From NCBI GenBank assembly GCA_043806015.1, contig JAZDHH010000004.1, positions 60,678 through 124,677 of the forward strand: a stretch of 64,000 nt of DNA. The letters run 5' to 3'. The DNA is from Nanobdellota archaeon. GTDB lineage: Archaea; Nanobdellota; Nanobdellia; Woesearchaeales; JAHIVG01. How positions within the stretch are numbered: the stretch's first letter is position 1; each line of letters starts with the position of its first letter. Made by a program: the position numbers and the translations under genes. Below, in pieces: positions 37,629 through 46,837 of this stretch. The notes beneath the pieces are model-generated. The model searched no databases and had not been told where the DNA came from. It was given only the letters and a program-made list of their open reading frames with translations.

Positions 37629-37789
37629 GGCAGAGAGATCTGGATGCCCGGGCCTATATATCTTTCTCCTTCCTGCGGATGCCACACCTTTTGTTACTAT
37701 TAAGTAAATAATAACCGAAAGCTTTAAATAGGAGGAATGCACTACTAAGCGATGTTGAAAAGGGGGAGACCTATAGGGGGGATTCGACC

Positions 37790-38596
37790 ATGATCGTACA
37801 AAAGGATTTTATCAACCGCATAAAGCAATTCGGGCTCAACAGCTACGAGGCCAAGATCTGGACAGCCTTGCTCTCCAGAGGCATCTCCACCGCCGGCGAG
37901 CTCTCCGACATCTCCAACGTCCCCCGAAGCAGGAGCTACGACGTTCTCGAAAGCCTTGAGAAGAAAGGTTTCATCATCATGAAGCTCGGCAAGCCCATCA
38001 AGTACATCGCGGTCGAGCCCGCTGAAGTGCTGGAGCGCGTCAAGAAGCGCATCCAGGTGGACGCTGAGCAGATCTCCTTGGGGATGGACAAGCTCAAGGA
38101 CAGCGAAGTCCTCAAGGAGCTCACCCTGCTCCATAACCAGGGCATCGACCTGGTCGAGCCTACCGACCTCTCCGGAAGCGTCAAGGGTAGGACCAACATC
38201 ATGAACCAGCTCGAGAGCATGGTCAAGACCGCGGAGAAAAGCATCGTCCTCATGACGACCGAGGAAGGCCTTGTCCGCAAGGCGAAGCACCTCAAGAGCC
38301 ATCTCGCGAAGGCGAAGGCGCGCGGCGTGAAGATACGCATCGCTGTCCCGATAACCAAGAAGAGCGAGGACGCAGCCAAGCAGCTTTCCGAGATAGCCGA
38401 GATCAAGCATATCGACGCCGTGAAGGCGCGCATGATGATCGTCGACGACAAGCAGTTCACGTTCATGATCAACGACGAGAGCGCGGACCCGAGCTTCGAC
38501 GCCGGCATCTGGGTGAACACGCCGTTCTTCACCAGCGCGCTCAAGGGCATGTTCGAGACCGTCTGGAAGCAGGAGAAGGCTATCGTCTTCAAATAA
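37790..38596 (+). CDS. TrmB-family transcriptional regulator / TrmBL2-like chromatin protein
   Basis: FGLNSYEAK.W.ALL, AGELS..S.VPRSRSYDVLESLEKKGF, GKP.KY.AV.P; C-terminal PLD-like domain. Confidence 0.9.
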   Translation: MIVQKDFINRIKQFGLNSYEAKIWTALLSRGISTAGELSDISNVPRSRSYDVLESLEKKGFIIMKLGKPIKYIAVEPAEVLERVKKRIQVDAEQISLGMDKLKDSEVLKELTLLHNQGIDLVEPTDLSGSVKGRTNIMNQLESMVKTAEKSIVLMTTEEGLVRKAKHLKSHLAKAKARGVKIRIAVPITKKSEDAAKQLSEIAEIKHIDAVKARMMIVDDKQFTFMINDESADPSFDAGIWVNTPFFTSALKGMFETVWKQEKAIVFK

Positions 38597-38640
38597 GCGC
38601 ACGGAACCGTCAGGTTTTTTAAGCTGCGCACCATTAAGAT

Positions 38641-39072
38641 ATGAACATGACTAGAGAAATCTATACCCGGTACCGTGACCTTATCCGCGAGCTAGGCATC
38701 CAGAACCTTCGCGTTATTTCAGGGACTCTCGAGGAAGTGGCTGATACCAATCATGCCGCGAGAGAAAGCCTTCCCCCGAAAATTCCGCATTATGACTTCT
38801 TAGACGGTGAGACTCGCTTCAGGGTGTTCTTCGACTTGCAGGGCGCCGGCGACATCGCGACGCTCGTCCGCAGCCTTGCCCAAAGGCCTGTCGAAGCCAT
38901 CATCGCCCGACGGAGCGAAACGGAGATCATCATCGGCCTCGATGACGGAAAAAACGCCTATGTCTGCGACGAGTTCCTTCAGGCGGTAAGTCTTTTGTCT
39001 CCACCGAAAATCCCCTCCGCCACCGCTCAATCCCGGGGATACTTCTTCGATGCAACCCTCCTGGAGAGATGA
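38641..39072 (+). CDS. Hypothetical protein
   Basis: 143-aa ORF with TTTTTAAG box upstream (38616-38623); alternative start 38647. Confidence 0.55.
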   Translation: MNMTREIYTRYRDLIRELGIQNLRVISGTLEEVADTNHAARESLPPKIPHYDFLDGETRFRVFFDLQGAGDIATLVRSLAQRPVEAIIARRSETEIIIGLDDGKNAYVCDEFLQAVSLLSPPKIPSATAQSRGYFFDATLLER

Positions 39073-39111
39073 GCCAAAAGACAGAAAAAGGGACGTTTCT
39101 TCCCCGCGGCC

Positions 39112-40356
39112 ATGGAACCGCTCGGGCCGAGAAGCGCGGAGATCATCAGACGGATTGAGCAGCGTTCTGCACACAATTATCACCCGTACCCTTTCGTTGT
39201 AGAGCGCGCGGAGGGCGCCTGGCTCTATGACCCGGACGGCAACCGGGCGCTCGATTTCCTCTCCGCGTACAGCGCCATCCTCAGCCATCGGCACCCCAAG
39301 GTGGTTGCGGCGGTCAAAAGGGAGCTGGAATCTGGCTCAGACCTTGTCTCCCGGGCCGTGTATTCCTCCAGGTACGCCGATTTCGTCGATGCAATCTGCC
39401 AGTTCACCGGCTACGACCAGGTCATGCCCAAGAGCGACGGCGGCTCGGTGACGGACTCGGCCTTGAGCGGCCTGTTCATGCATGGCCACGAGCGCGGCAT
39501 CGCCCATCCCGAGATCATCCTTACCAAGGAATATTTCCATGGCCGCGGCTTCCTGTTCCAGAGCAACGCCCTCTTCGACGATGAGCAGAGCCACCGCAAA
39601 AGGCCGCGGAGCCCGGGCATCATCGTCGCGGACCACAATCCGGCCGCTGTCGAGGCGGCCATCACACCCCATACGGTGGGAATATTCATGGAGACGCACA
39701 AAGGGGAGGGCGGGCCGCTCTTCACAGACGAGAAGACGTTCCTCGGCATCAGGAACGTCGCCAGGAAGCATGGCCTGCTCTTCGGCTGCGACGAGATCCA
39801 GACCGGCCTCGGCAGGTGCGGCTATCCGCTCGCCTGGCAGGAGTTCGGCATGAGCGCGCGCCCTGATTTCGTGACGCTCGGCAAGGCCCTCGGCGGTGGC
39901 ATCATCCCGGTGTCGGCCATCGCCGGCACCGAGGAGTTCATGCGAATCTTCACGCCAGGGAGCGACGGCAGCACCTTCGGCGGCTATCCGATTGCGTGTG
40001 CTGCCGCGGTTGCATCGCTCGCGGCCATTGAAGAGGAGAATATCCCGGCAAAATCGCGGTGGCTCGGCGGCTATGTGGCCAAAAAGCTTCGAATGCATGG
40101 CTTCAGCGTCGACCATCGGGGGCTCCTCGTGCGCCTCGAGATCCCGGGCAGTGTGAGCGCCCGGCAACAGTGCGAAGAGATGCTTCTCGGCCAAGACCGT
40201 GATCCACGCGTCTTCATGAAGCATGGTCATCACGACGCGAAGCGGGGCGTCGCCTTCGCGAGGATCGCGCCACCGCCGGGCGCAATCACTGAAGAGCTGA
40301 TTGACCTTGCGGTCGATAGGACGATCGCGCCGGTGCTCGACGGCCGGCACGCCTGA
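39112..40356 (+). CDS. Class III PLP aminotransferase, ornithine aminotransferase-like (diverged)
   Basis: SAHNYHP.P, DFLSAYSA, DEIQTGLGR, PLP Lys in TLGKALGGG, GSTFGGYP.ACA. Confidence 0.85.
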   Translation: MEPLGPRSAEIIRRIEQRSAHNYHPYPFVVERAEGAWLYDPDGNRALDFLSAYSAILSHRHPKVVAAVKRELESGSDLVSRAVYSSRYADFVDAICQFTGYDQVMPKSDGGSVTDSALSGLFMHGHERGIAHPEIILTKEYFHGRGFLFQSNALFDDEQSHRKRPRSPGIIVADHNPAAVEAAITPHTVGIFMETHKGEGGPLFTDEKTFLGIRNVARKHGLLFGCDEIQTGLGRCGYPLAWQEFGMSARPDFVTLGKALGGGIIPVSAIAGTEEFMRIFTPGSDGSTFGGYPIACAAAVASLAAIEEENIPAKSRWLGGYVAKKLRMHGFSVDHRGLLVRLEIPGSVSARQQCEEMLLGQDRDPRVFMKHGHHDAKRGVAFARIAPPPGAITEELIDLAVDRTIAPVLDGRHA

Positions 40357-40371
40357 GGAGAAGCCTTTCTT

Positions 40372-41850
40372 TCAGACCGTTCCGGCTCTGTCCGTGAACT
40401 TGTAGAGGATGATGCCTCCGGCGAAATACTCCACTTTCTCCACACGCTTCCGCTCCAGGAAATAGTCCTGGAGGGTCTTGCCTGAGGAATACAGTTCCGG
40501 CCGCACGGAGACCAGCCAGACGGTGCCGCCTGTCCAATCCCCAAACAGGTTGCCTTCCCCCATCGGCGTGACCGGCGTTGTGCCATCGCAGCAGGGATGG
40601 AATCCGTCAATGGATATGATGCCGTGCTTTCGGAAATTGCATCCAAAGAGATCCTCTTCCTGAAAGCACTCCCGGTAATAATAGGCGAGGGGGTGTTGAT
40701 GATAGAAGGGATCGATGAAGATACGCCCGCCAGGCTGCGTCTGCTGACGGAGATAGCGCGAGACAGAGCGCCAATCATCCTTTTCAAGGGAAGCGCCCTG
40801 TTGGAGAACAAGGAAAAGGGAGATCAGCGAGACCGTCGCAATAACGGCTCCACGGACCATCCTTTTCTGAATGACCTTCATGATGAGGAAACTGAAGAAG
40901 GTCAGCACGGCAGGAAGCGTAAAAAGAAGGTAACGGAAGTTGTAGACGGGAGTAAAGAAAAGCGAAAAGATGAACACTCCAAGCACCGGTAACAGAACCC
41001 CTATCGACAGGAAAAAAAACCCTACCGCCTGCTGCTTGCTGACCTCCCGGCTCTTCGCTCTCTTGATGAAAAGGACGAGAAGAAGGAAAAAAAGAACCGT
41101 GAGCCAAACCGTTCCAAGAAACGTGGAAAAAGTCTCGTAGATGGTGCTGAGATGCGGTCTTTGTATCCATACCAGGCTCAGCGACTGCCGCAATTGCCTG
41201 ATGAGGGCAGGAAGCCAGGGCACAAACAAGAGAAGGATGACACCCTGTATGAAAAGCCACCGCGTGATAGTGGATCGGCCCCTATGCCGGACGACGAGGA
41301 AAAAAAAGGAATGTACCATCAAGAGAAGGACGGAAAAATAATGGGTGTACAGGGCGAGGGCTGTTCCGAGGATATAAAGGATGCTTCGCCCGACCGCCAT
41401 GCGATCAAGGAACCGAAGGAAGAGAAAGGTGGAGAGGAGGGTAGTCAAGGTGAAGAGCGCATACATCCTCGCCTCCTGGGAATAATAGACAAGGACAGGA
41501 GATACCGCGAGCAGGAGAGCCGAGAGCAGGGCGACCTGTTGGCCGAAAAGCTTCCTCGCAACGAGGAATCCTAACAGCACCGTCGCAGTCCCGAAGAGCA
41601 CGGAAAGTGAACGCACCGCCGCCTCCGAGATGCCGAAGAGGCGGATCCAGATGTGCAGGAGCGCCATATAAAGCGGCGGATGGATGTCCCTTTCGAGGTA
41701 TTCCAATCCCTTCGACCAGGTCTCCTGGGACTGCCGGATGCTGACCGCCTCGTCCAGCCAGATTGACTCAGAACCGAGCGACCAGACCCTCAAGAAGAGG
41801 CCGATGCCAAGCACGAGGACAAGGATGAGCGCGACCTGCTTGTTGTCCAT
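40372..41850 (-). CDS. GT-C fold glycosyltransferase (ArnT/PMT_2, family 39/83-like)
   Basis: SIWLDEA, HPPLY, RSLSVLFG, YYSQEARMY motifs; many TM helices. Confidence 0.88.
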   Translation of the reverse strand: MDNKQVALILVLVLGIGLFLRVWSLGSESIWLDEAVSIRQSQETWSKGLEYLERDIHPPLYMALLHIWIRLFGISEAAVRSLSVLFGTATVLLGFLVARKLFGQQVALLSALLLAVSPVLVYYSQEARMYALFTLTTLLSTFLFLRFLDRMAVGRSILYILGTALALYTHYFSVLLLMVHSFFFLVVRHRGRSTITRWLFIQGVILLLFVPWLPALIRQLRQSLSLVWIQRPHLSTIYETFSTFLGTVWLTVLFFLLLVLFIKRAKSREVSKQQAVGFFFLSIGVLLPVLGVFIFSLFFTPVYNFRYLLFTLPAVLTFFSFLIMKVIQKRMVRGAVIATVSLISLFLVLQQGASLEKDDWRSVSRYLRQQTQPGGRIFIDPFYHQHPLAYYYRECFQEEDLFGCNFRKHGIISIDGFHPCCDGTTPVTPMGEGNLFGDWTGGTVWLVSVRPELYSSGKTLQDYFLERKRVEKVEYFAGGIILYKFTDRAGTV

Positions 41851-41902
41851 ACCGTCGAAATGCTATCAGCACGGATTAATAAACATATGGGCAGAAAAAG
41901 GC

Positions 41903-43249
41903 CTACTTCAGCCTGACCTGCGACTTCTGCATGCGCTGCATCATCTTCTCCATGTTCTTCATGCTGCCGCCCTTGAGCATCTTGACCATCTTCTTGCTCT
42001 GGCGGTACTGCTTGATCATGTCCCGGATCTCGGCGACAGAGACTCCGGAGCCTCGCGCGATGCGGTCGATCCTCGTCGTGGAGAGAAGGTCGGGATCCTC
42101 GAGCTCGGCCTGAGTCATGGAATCCATGGCGTGCCGCCACTTCTTGAGCTTGTGCTCCTGCACGGAAAGCATCTCCTTCGGGATCTTCAGGCTGCCGAAG
42201 CCCGGGATCATCTCCGCGACCTTGGAGAGAGGACCCATCTTGCGCATGGCCTCCATCTGCTCGTATAGGTCGAGCAGGTTGAAGTCGCCCTTGAGGAAGC
42301 GCTTGCCCAGGTCGTCCGCCTGCTCCTCGGTCATCGCTTCCTTGGCCTTCTCCAACAAAGCTTCGATGTCGCCCATGCCCAACAGGCGAGAGACAAAATT
42401 AGCAGGCCGGAACTCCTCGAGGTCGTCGGTCCTTTCGCCGACACCGATAAAGCGGACAGGCGCGCCGGTGATCGAGCATGCCGCAAGGGCGCCGCCGCCC
42501 TTCGCCGTGCCGTCCAGCTTGGTGATGACAACGCCGGTGACCCCACAGCTCGCGTGGAAGGCCTTGGCCTGTGATTCCGCGGCCTGGCCGACATCCGCGC
42601 CGATGACCAGCAGCACTTCCTGCGGCTTCACCGCCTTCGAAAGCTGGTTCAACTCCTCGATGAGGTCCTCGGAGAGGGCATCCCTCCCCGCCGTGTCGAC
42701 GAGCACGATGTCGAAGCGCTGGAGCTCTTTCTTGTGCGCTTCCCAGACGTCAAGCGCCTTCTTTTTCGACTCAGTGAAGACCGGGATCTCGATCTGCTTG
42801 CCGAGCTGCTCGAGCTGCTTCATGGCCGCCGGCCTGTGCACGTCGAGGCCGAGCATCGCCACCTTGTTGCCGCGCTTCGCAAAGTAGTGGGCGAGCTTGC
42901 CGGCGGTGGTTGTCTTGCCATTGCCAAAGAGGCCAACGAGCATGATGAAGAACGGCTTGCCGGTGATCTCCAGCTTCTTGCCTTCCCCACCGAGGAAATT
43001 GACAAGCTCCTCATAGACGATGTGGATGAGCTGCTCCTTCTTGGTGAGGCCCTTCGCCTCCTCCTTGAGGGCGCGCTCCTTGATGCGCTTGCTCAGCTCG
43101 AAGACGAGCCTGACGTTCACGTCGCCCTGCAGCAGCGCCTTCTGGATCTCCTTGACGAGCTCGTTGATGAGCTTCTCGTCAACGAAAAGGGCGTTCGCTA
43201 TCTTCTGCAGCGTGCCCCTGAGCGACTCGCCGAGCTTGTCCAAAACCAT
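41903..43249 (-). CDS. srp54: Signal recognition particle protein SRP54
   Basis: GLFGNGKTTT, DVHRPAA, DTAGR, TKLDGTAKGGGAL, RLLGMGD, M-domain RIARGSG. Confidence 0.96.
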   Translation of the reverse strand: MVLDKLGESLRGTLQKIANALFVDEKLINELVKEIQKALLQGDVNVRLVFELSKRIKERALKEEAKGLTKKEQLIHIVYEELVNFLGGEGKKLEITGKPFFIMLVGLFGNGKTTTAGKLAHYFAKRGNKVAMLGLDVHRPAAMKQLEQLGKQIEIPVFTESKKKALDVWEAHKKELQRFDIVLVDTAGRDALSEDLIEELNQLSKAVKPQEVLLVIGADVGQAAESQAKAFHASCGVTGVVITKLDGTAKGGGALAACSITGAPVRFIGVGERTDDLEEFRPANFVSRLLGMGDIEALLEKAKEAMTEEQADDLGKRFLKGDFNLLDLYEQMEAMRKMGPLSKVAEMIPGFGSLKIPKEMLSVQEHKLKKWRHAMDSMTQAELEDPDLLSTTRIDRIARGSGVSVAEIRDMIKQYRQSKKMVKMLKGGSMKNMEKMMQRMQKSQVRLK

Positions 43250-43282
43250 GCCCTTCAGAAGAAGACAGGCGTATTTAAATCT

Positions 43283-44791
43283 TTAGCTGCTCCTCGTCTG
43301 GGGGTGCTGGCCGAAATAGCCGATGACCACTTGCCTGCTTTCCGGATCAAAGAAGAATCCCATGCGGAACGTCTCTTCCGGACGGCGAGAGGTGCCATGC
43401 CCGATATGCTCGTGCAGCACCTGCTGCCGCCCTCCCCACGGGACATGGTAATCCCCATGATAACAGTGGATGTCAGCCTCTGCCTGGAAAGGGACGTAAT
43501 CCAGCCCTGGAAGCTGGCGGATCGACTCCCCGAGATCGACCGACATCTCGCCGCGCTTGCTCGGCACATAGAAGTGCGCCAGCCAGACGAGCGCATCAAA
43601 GACCATCTTCGGATTCTGGAACACCGACTGCGCCATGGCGCGGCGGACGCGGGGCGCGAGGACCACGCCTCTCTCGGCATACTGCTCAGTGAAGTACGCG
43701 GCAACATCATCGACTGTCGCGAATTCTGGGATGGCGCACGGCACAGGAGACGGCCCCTGCTTCCTGTCGAGCGCGGCCTGGAGCGCCTCTGCCTTCAGCC
43801 TGGCTGTCATCAATTCATCCCCTTGGGCAGCGAGCAGCGCATTAAGCTCTCCCACTTCACCTTTCAGATTATCGTTTTCCAGCGCATAGGCTGTGGCGAG
43901 CCCCTCATAATCCTTATCAGCCCTCAACTGGCCGAGGCGTTGCGATGCGGATGCGCGGCGGACGCGGTCGAAGGAGATGTCCGACTGCCTGCCGATGGAG
44001 AATTGCGCGATGGTGGTAAGAAGGTAATCAGCGAAAGTCGACGGCATGATGTCCTCCCTTTTCCATAATGGATGGAACACCTTCTCAGACAGGTCTCCGA
44101 TCGGCCAATACAGGCGGACTGCGCCGTCATAGCAAGTCAAGTTCGGGCCGAGGCGCTGGGTGATCTGGAAGGAAGGCCATCGGTTCTCGGCCACGAAAAC
44201 GTGGGCGATGCCGGCGAGCTTGTAGGCGATGCGATCAGCGTCGACGATTGGCTTGTCCGTGAAACCCTCGGCAGACACCATGACGATGGGCAGCTTGCGG
44301 CGCCTGTCGCAGACCATGTCGATGAATTCCTTTGTCCCCTGGTCCCGGACGACCCTTGCCCGGGTCATCAGCTCGTAATCGTACTGGGCGCCAAGCCTGT
44401 CGATGAGCTTGGGGACGAGCATCGGGCGGGTGATGTCAATCCTCACCGGGAGCATCATGCCGCTCTTCCATCCTGTTGCGAGCTCGATGTCCACCAGCTG
44501 CTGATCGCCGTCATGGACCGCTGCGAGGGTCGTCTGCCAGCGGAAATCCCTTCGCTGCCCGTCGCCATGCTCCAGCCGCATGCCGAAATAGCGCGCCCCC
44601 CCATCCTCTGCTCGCAGGGTGCGGAGCGCAAGGTCACCTTCATTCAATTCCATCCCCTGAGGGAAGTTCTCAAGCGATACCCTGGAGAAGGCCCTGCCCA
44701 CCCACTCGGATGCGACCTCGACGAGCTGGTCAAGGTCCGCGGCCTTTCCACTTTGCCCCAGCCGGAACGAGGTCTTGTAGATCGTCCTCAT
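43283..44791 (-). CDS. Conserved hypothetical protein, coiled coil plus C-terminal RelE-like region (tentative)
   Basis: 502-aa ORF with own TATA (44815-44822); C-terminus EHIGHG...FRMGFFFD....QVVIGYFGQH. Confidence 0.65.
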   Translation of the reverse strand: MRTIYKTSFRLGQSGKAADLDQLVEVASEWVGRAFSRVSLENFPQGMELNEGDLALRTLRAEDGGARYFGMRLEHGDGQRRDFRWQTTLAAVHDGDQQLVDIELATGWKSGMMLPVRIDITRPMLVPKLIDRLGAQYDYELMTRARVVRDQGTKEFIDMVCDRRRKLPIVMVSAEGFTDKPIVDADRIAYKLAGIAHVFVAENRWPSFQITQRLGPNLTCYDGAVRLYWPIGDLSEKVFHPLWKREDIMPSTFADYLLTTIAQFSIGRQSDISFDRVRRASASQRLGQLRADKDYEGLATAYALENDNLKGEVGELNALLAAQGDELMTARLKAEALQAALDRKQGPSPVPCAIPEFATVDDVAAYFTEQYAERGVVLAPRVRRAMAQSVFQNPKMVFDALVWLAHFYVPSKRGEMSVDLGESIRQLPGLDYVPFQAEADIHCYHGDYHVPWGGRQQVLHEHIGHGTSRRPEETFRMGFFFDPESRQVVIGYFGQHPQTRSS

Positions 44792-44867
44792 GCCCTAGTG
44801 GCGGAACAGGGAGTTATATAAATTTTATGAAAGAAATCATTATTAAGTGGTAATTGATGATTGTAGC

Positions 44868-46769
44868 CTACTGCCGCCCTTCAATCTCATTTCTCAGCCG
44901 CTCCAAGAAGTTCTCGGATGCTACCGCGCCCTCGACCTTGCCCTCGCGCGTCCGCACGGTGACGGTATTGTCTTTCTCCTCGCGCTCGCCCACAACAAGG
45001 ATGTAGTTGACCTTGTCGAGCTGCGCCTGCCGCACCTTGTACGATACAGTCTCCGAGCTCTCGTCCAGCCCGACGCGGATGCCGGCGGCGAAATAGGCGT
45101 CGAAGACCTTCTTCGCGTACGGCTGGAACCTGTCAGCGACCGTGATGATGCGCACCTGCACCGGGCTGAGCCAGAGCGGGAACTTGCCGGCGAAGTGCTC
45201 AGTGAGCACCCCGATGAAGCGTTCGATGCTGCCGTAGACCGTGCGATGCAGCATGATCGGCCGATGGTTTTCCGTGCCGTCAGCGCCCATGTAGGTCAGA
45301 TCGAATTTCTCGGGCATGGAAAAATCGCATTGCAATGTCCCACACTGCCATGTCCTGCCGATGCAGTCCTTGATGTGGAAGTCGATCTTGGGCCCGTAAA
45401 ACGCGCCATCGCCAGGGTTGAGCTTATAGCTCATTTTGAGGTCGTCCAATGCGTTGCGCAACGCAGCCTCTGCCTTCTGCACCAGCTCCTTGTTCAGGTC
45501 TGAGTCATCAGGCATGGTGGACAGCTCCACCAGATAGCTGAAGCCGAAGGTCTTGTACATCCGATCGATGAGCTGGATGACCCCCCTGATTTCCTGCTGG
45601 AGCTGCTCGGGCAGCACGTAGAGGTGGGCATCGTCCTGGGTGAATGATCTCACCCGGAAAAGCCCGGACAGCACCCCGGTGAGCTCATGACGGTGCACCA
45701 GGCCGAGCTCCGCGACCCGCAGCGGGAATTCCTTGTACGAATGATTCCTGCTTTTATACACGAGAATCCCGCCAGGGCAGTTCATCGGCTTTATGGCATA
45801 ATCGACATCATCGATCTTGGTGAAATACATGTTCTCCTTGTAATGGTCCCAGTGGCCGCTCTGCAGCCAGAGCGCCTTCTTCATGATGACCGGCGTCCGC
45901 ACTTCCTGGTAGCCGGCCTTGCGGTGCTCCTCCCTCCAGTACGCCAAGACCTGCTCCCAGAGGACCATGCCCTTCGGATGCCAGAAAACCATGCCTGGAG
46001 CAGACTCCTCGAAACCGAAAAGTTCGAGCTGCTGCCCGATCTTGCGATGGTCGCGCTTCTCGGCCTCCTCGAGCATCGTGAAATGCTCCTCGAGCTGCTT
46101 CCTGTCCGGGAACGAGATGCCGTAGATGCGCTGGAGCTGCTGGTTCTTGGCGTCGCCTCGCCAGTATGCCCCGGCGAGCTTCGTGAGCCGGAACGCCTTG
46201 ATCATCCCTGTGCTGGGGACGTGCGGGCCGCGGCAGAGGTCGAGGAACCCGTCGTTCTCGTAGACCGAGACCGTGCTGTCGCCCAGCTCCGCGAGCAGCT
46301 CTTCCTTGAAGCGGTTGCCCCTGAAAAGCTCAAGGGCCTTTTCCTTCACCATCTCCTTGCGGACAAAGGGCATGTCCTTCTTGACCAGCTCGGCCATCTT
46401 CGCTTCGATGGTGACGAAATCCTCCTCCTTGAAATGCTCCTTGCGCTCGATGTCGTAGTAGAAGCCGTTCTCCACCGCCGGGCCGATGGCCAGCTTCGCC
46501 TCGGGGAAAAGCTGGAGGATGGCGTTGGCCATGAGATGCGCGGAGCTGTGCCAGAAGACCTCTCGGCCCTCCGCGTCGGCGAAGGTGAGTATCTTGAAGA
46601 CGCCATCCTTGGTGATGGGGTGGGAAAGGTCGAGGAAGGCGTCGTCGAGCTTGATGGCGAGCGCCACTTTGGCTAGGCTGCGGCTTATGCCCTGGGCTAT
46701 CTCGGCCCCTTTGATGCCTGAAGGGAATTCCCTGGTCGCGCCGTCCGGAAAGGTGAGGTTGACTTTCAT
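44868..46769 (-). CDS. thrS: Threonine--tRNA ligase, bacterial-type architecture
   Basis: TGS domain, HSSAH, DLCRGPHV, RDHRKIG, KPMNCP, GAFYGPKID, HR.VYGS.ERF. Confidence 0.97.
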   Translation of the reverse strand: MKVNLTFPDGATREFPSGIKGAEIAQGISRSLAKVALAIKLDDAFLDLSHPITKDGVFKILTFADAEGREVFWHSSAHLMANAILQLFPEAKLAIGPAVENGFYYDIERKEHFKEEDFVTIEAKMAELVKKDMPFVRKEMVKEKALELFRGNRFKEELLAELGDSTVSVYENDGFLDLCRGPHVPSTGMIKAFRLTKLAGAYWRGDAKNQQLQRIYGISFPDRKQLEEHFTMLEEAEKRDHRKIGQQLELFGFEESAPGMVFWHPKGMVLWEQVLAYWREEHRKAGYQEVRTPVIMKKALWLQSGHWDHYKENMYFTKIDDVDYAIKPMNCPGGILVYKSRNHSYKEFPLRVAELGLVHRHELTGVLSGLFRVRSFTQDDAHLYVLPEQLQQEIRGVIQLIDRMYKTFGFSYLVELSTMPDDSDLNKELVQKAEAALRNALDDLKMSYKLNPGDGAFYGPKIDFHIKDCIGRTWQCGTLQCDFSMPEKFDLTYMGADGTENHRPIMLHRTVYGSIERFIGVLTEHFAGKFPLWLSPVQVRIITVADRFQPYAKKVFDAYFAAGIRVGLDESSETVSYKVRQAQLDKVNYILVVGEREEKDNTVTVRTREGKVEGAVASENFLERLRNEIEGRQ

Positions 46770-46819
46770 GGGAGAGAGTGAAGAGTAGCCTTATAAATAG
46801 TTTTTGATAATAATAAGAA

Positions 46820-46836
46820 AAAAAAGAAAAGAAAGG
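46820..46836 (-). terminator. Oligo-T terminator (CCTTTCTTTTCTTTTTT)
   Basis: Immediately after the stop at 46838; identical to 252-268 and 51128-51144. Confidence 0.65.
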
Positions 46837-46837
46837 A

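Noticed and set aside
41012-41307. Two A8 runs in the glycosyltransferase gene as contingency loci
   Set aside because: They encode Phe-rich TM segments and the frame is intact; expected from composition without read-level evidence
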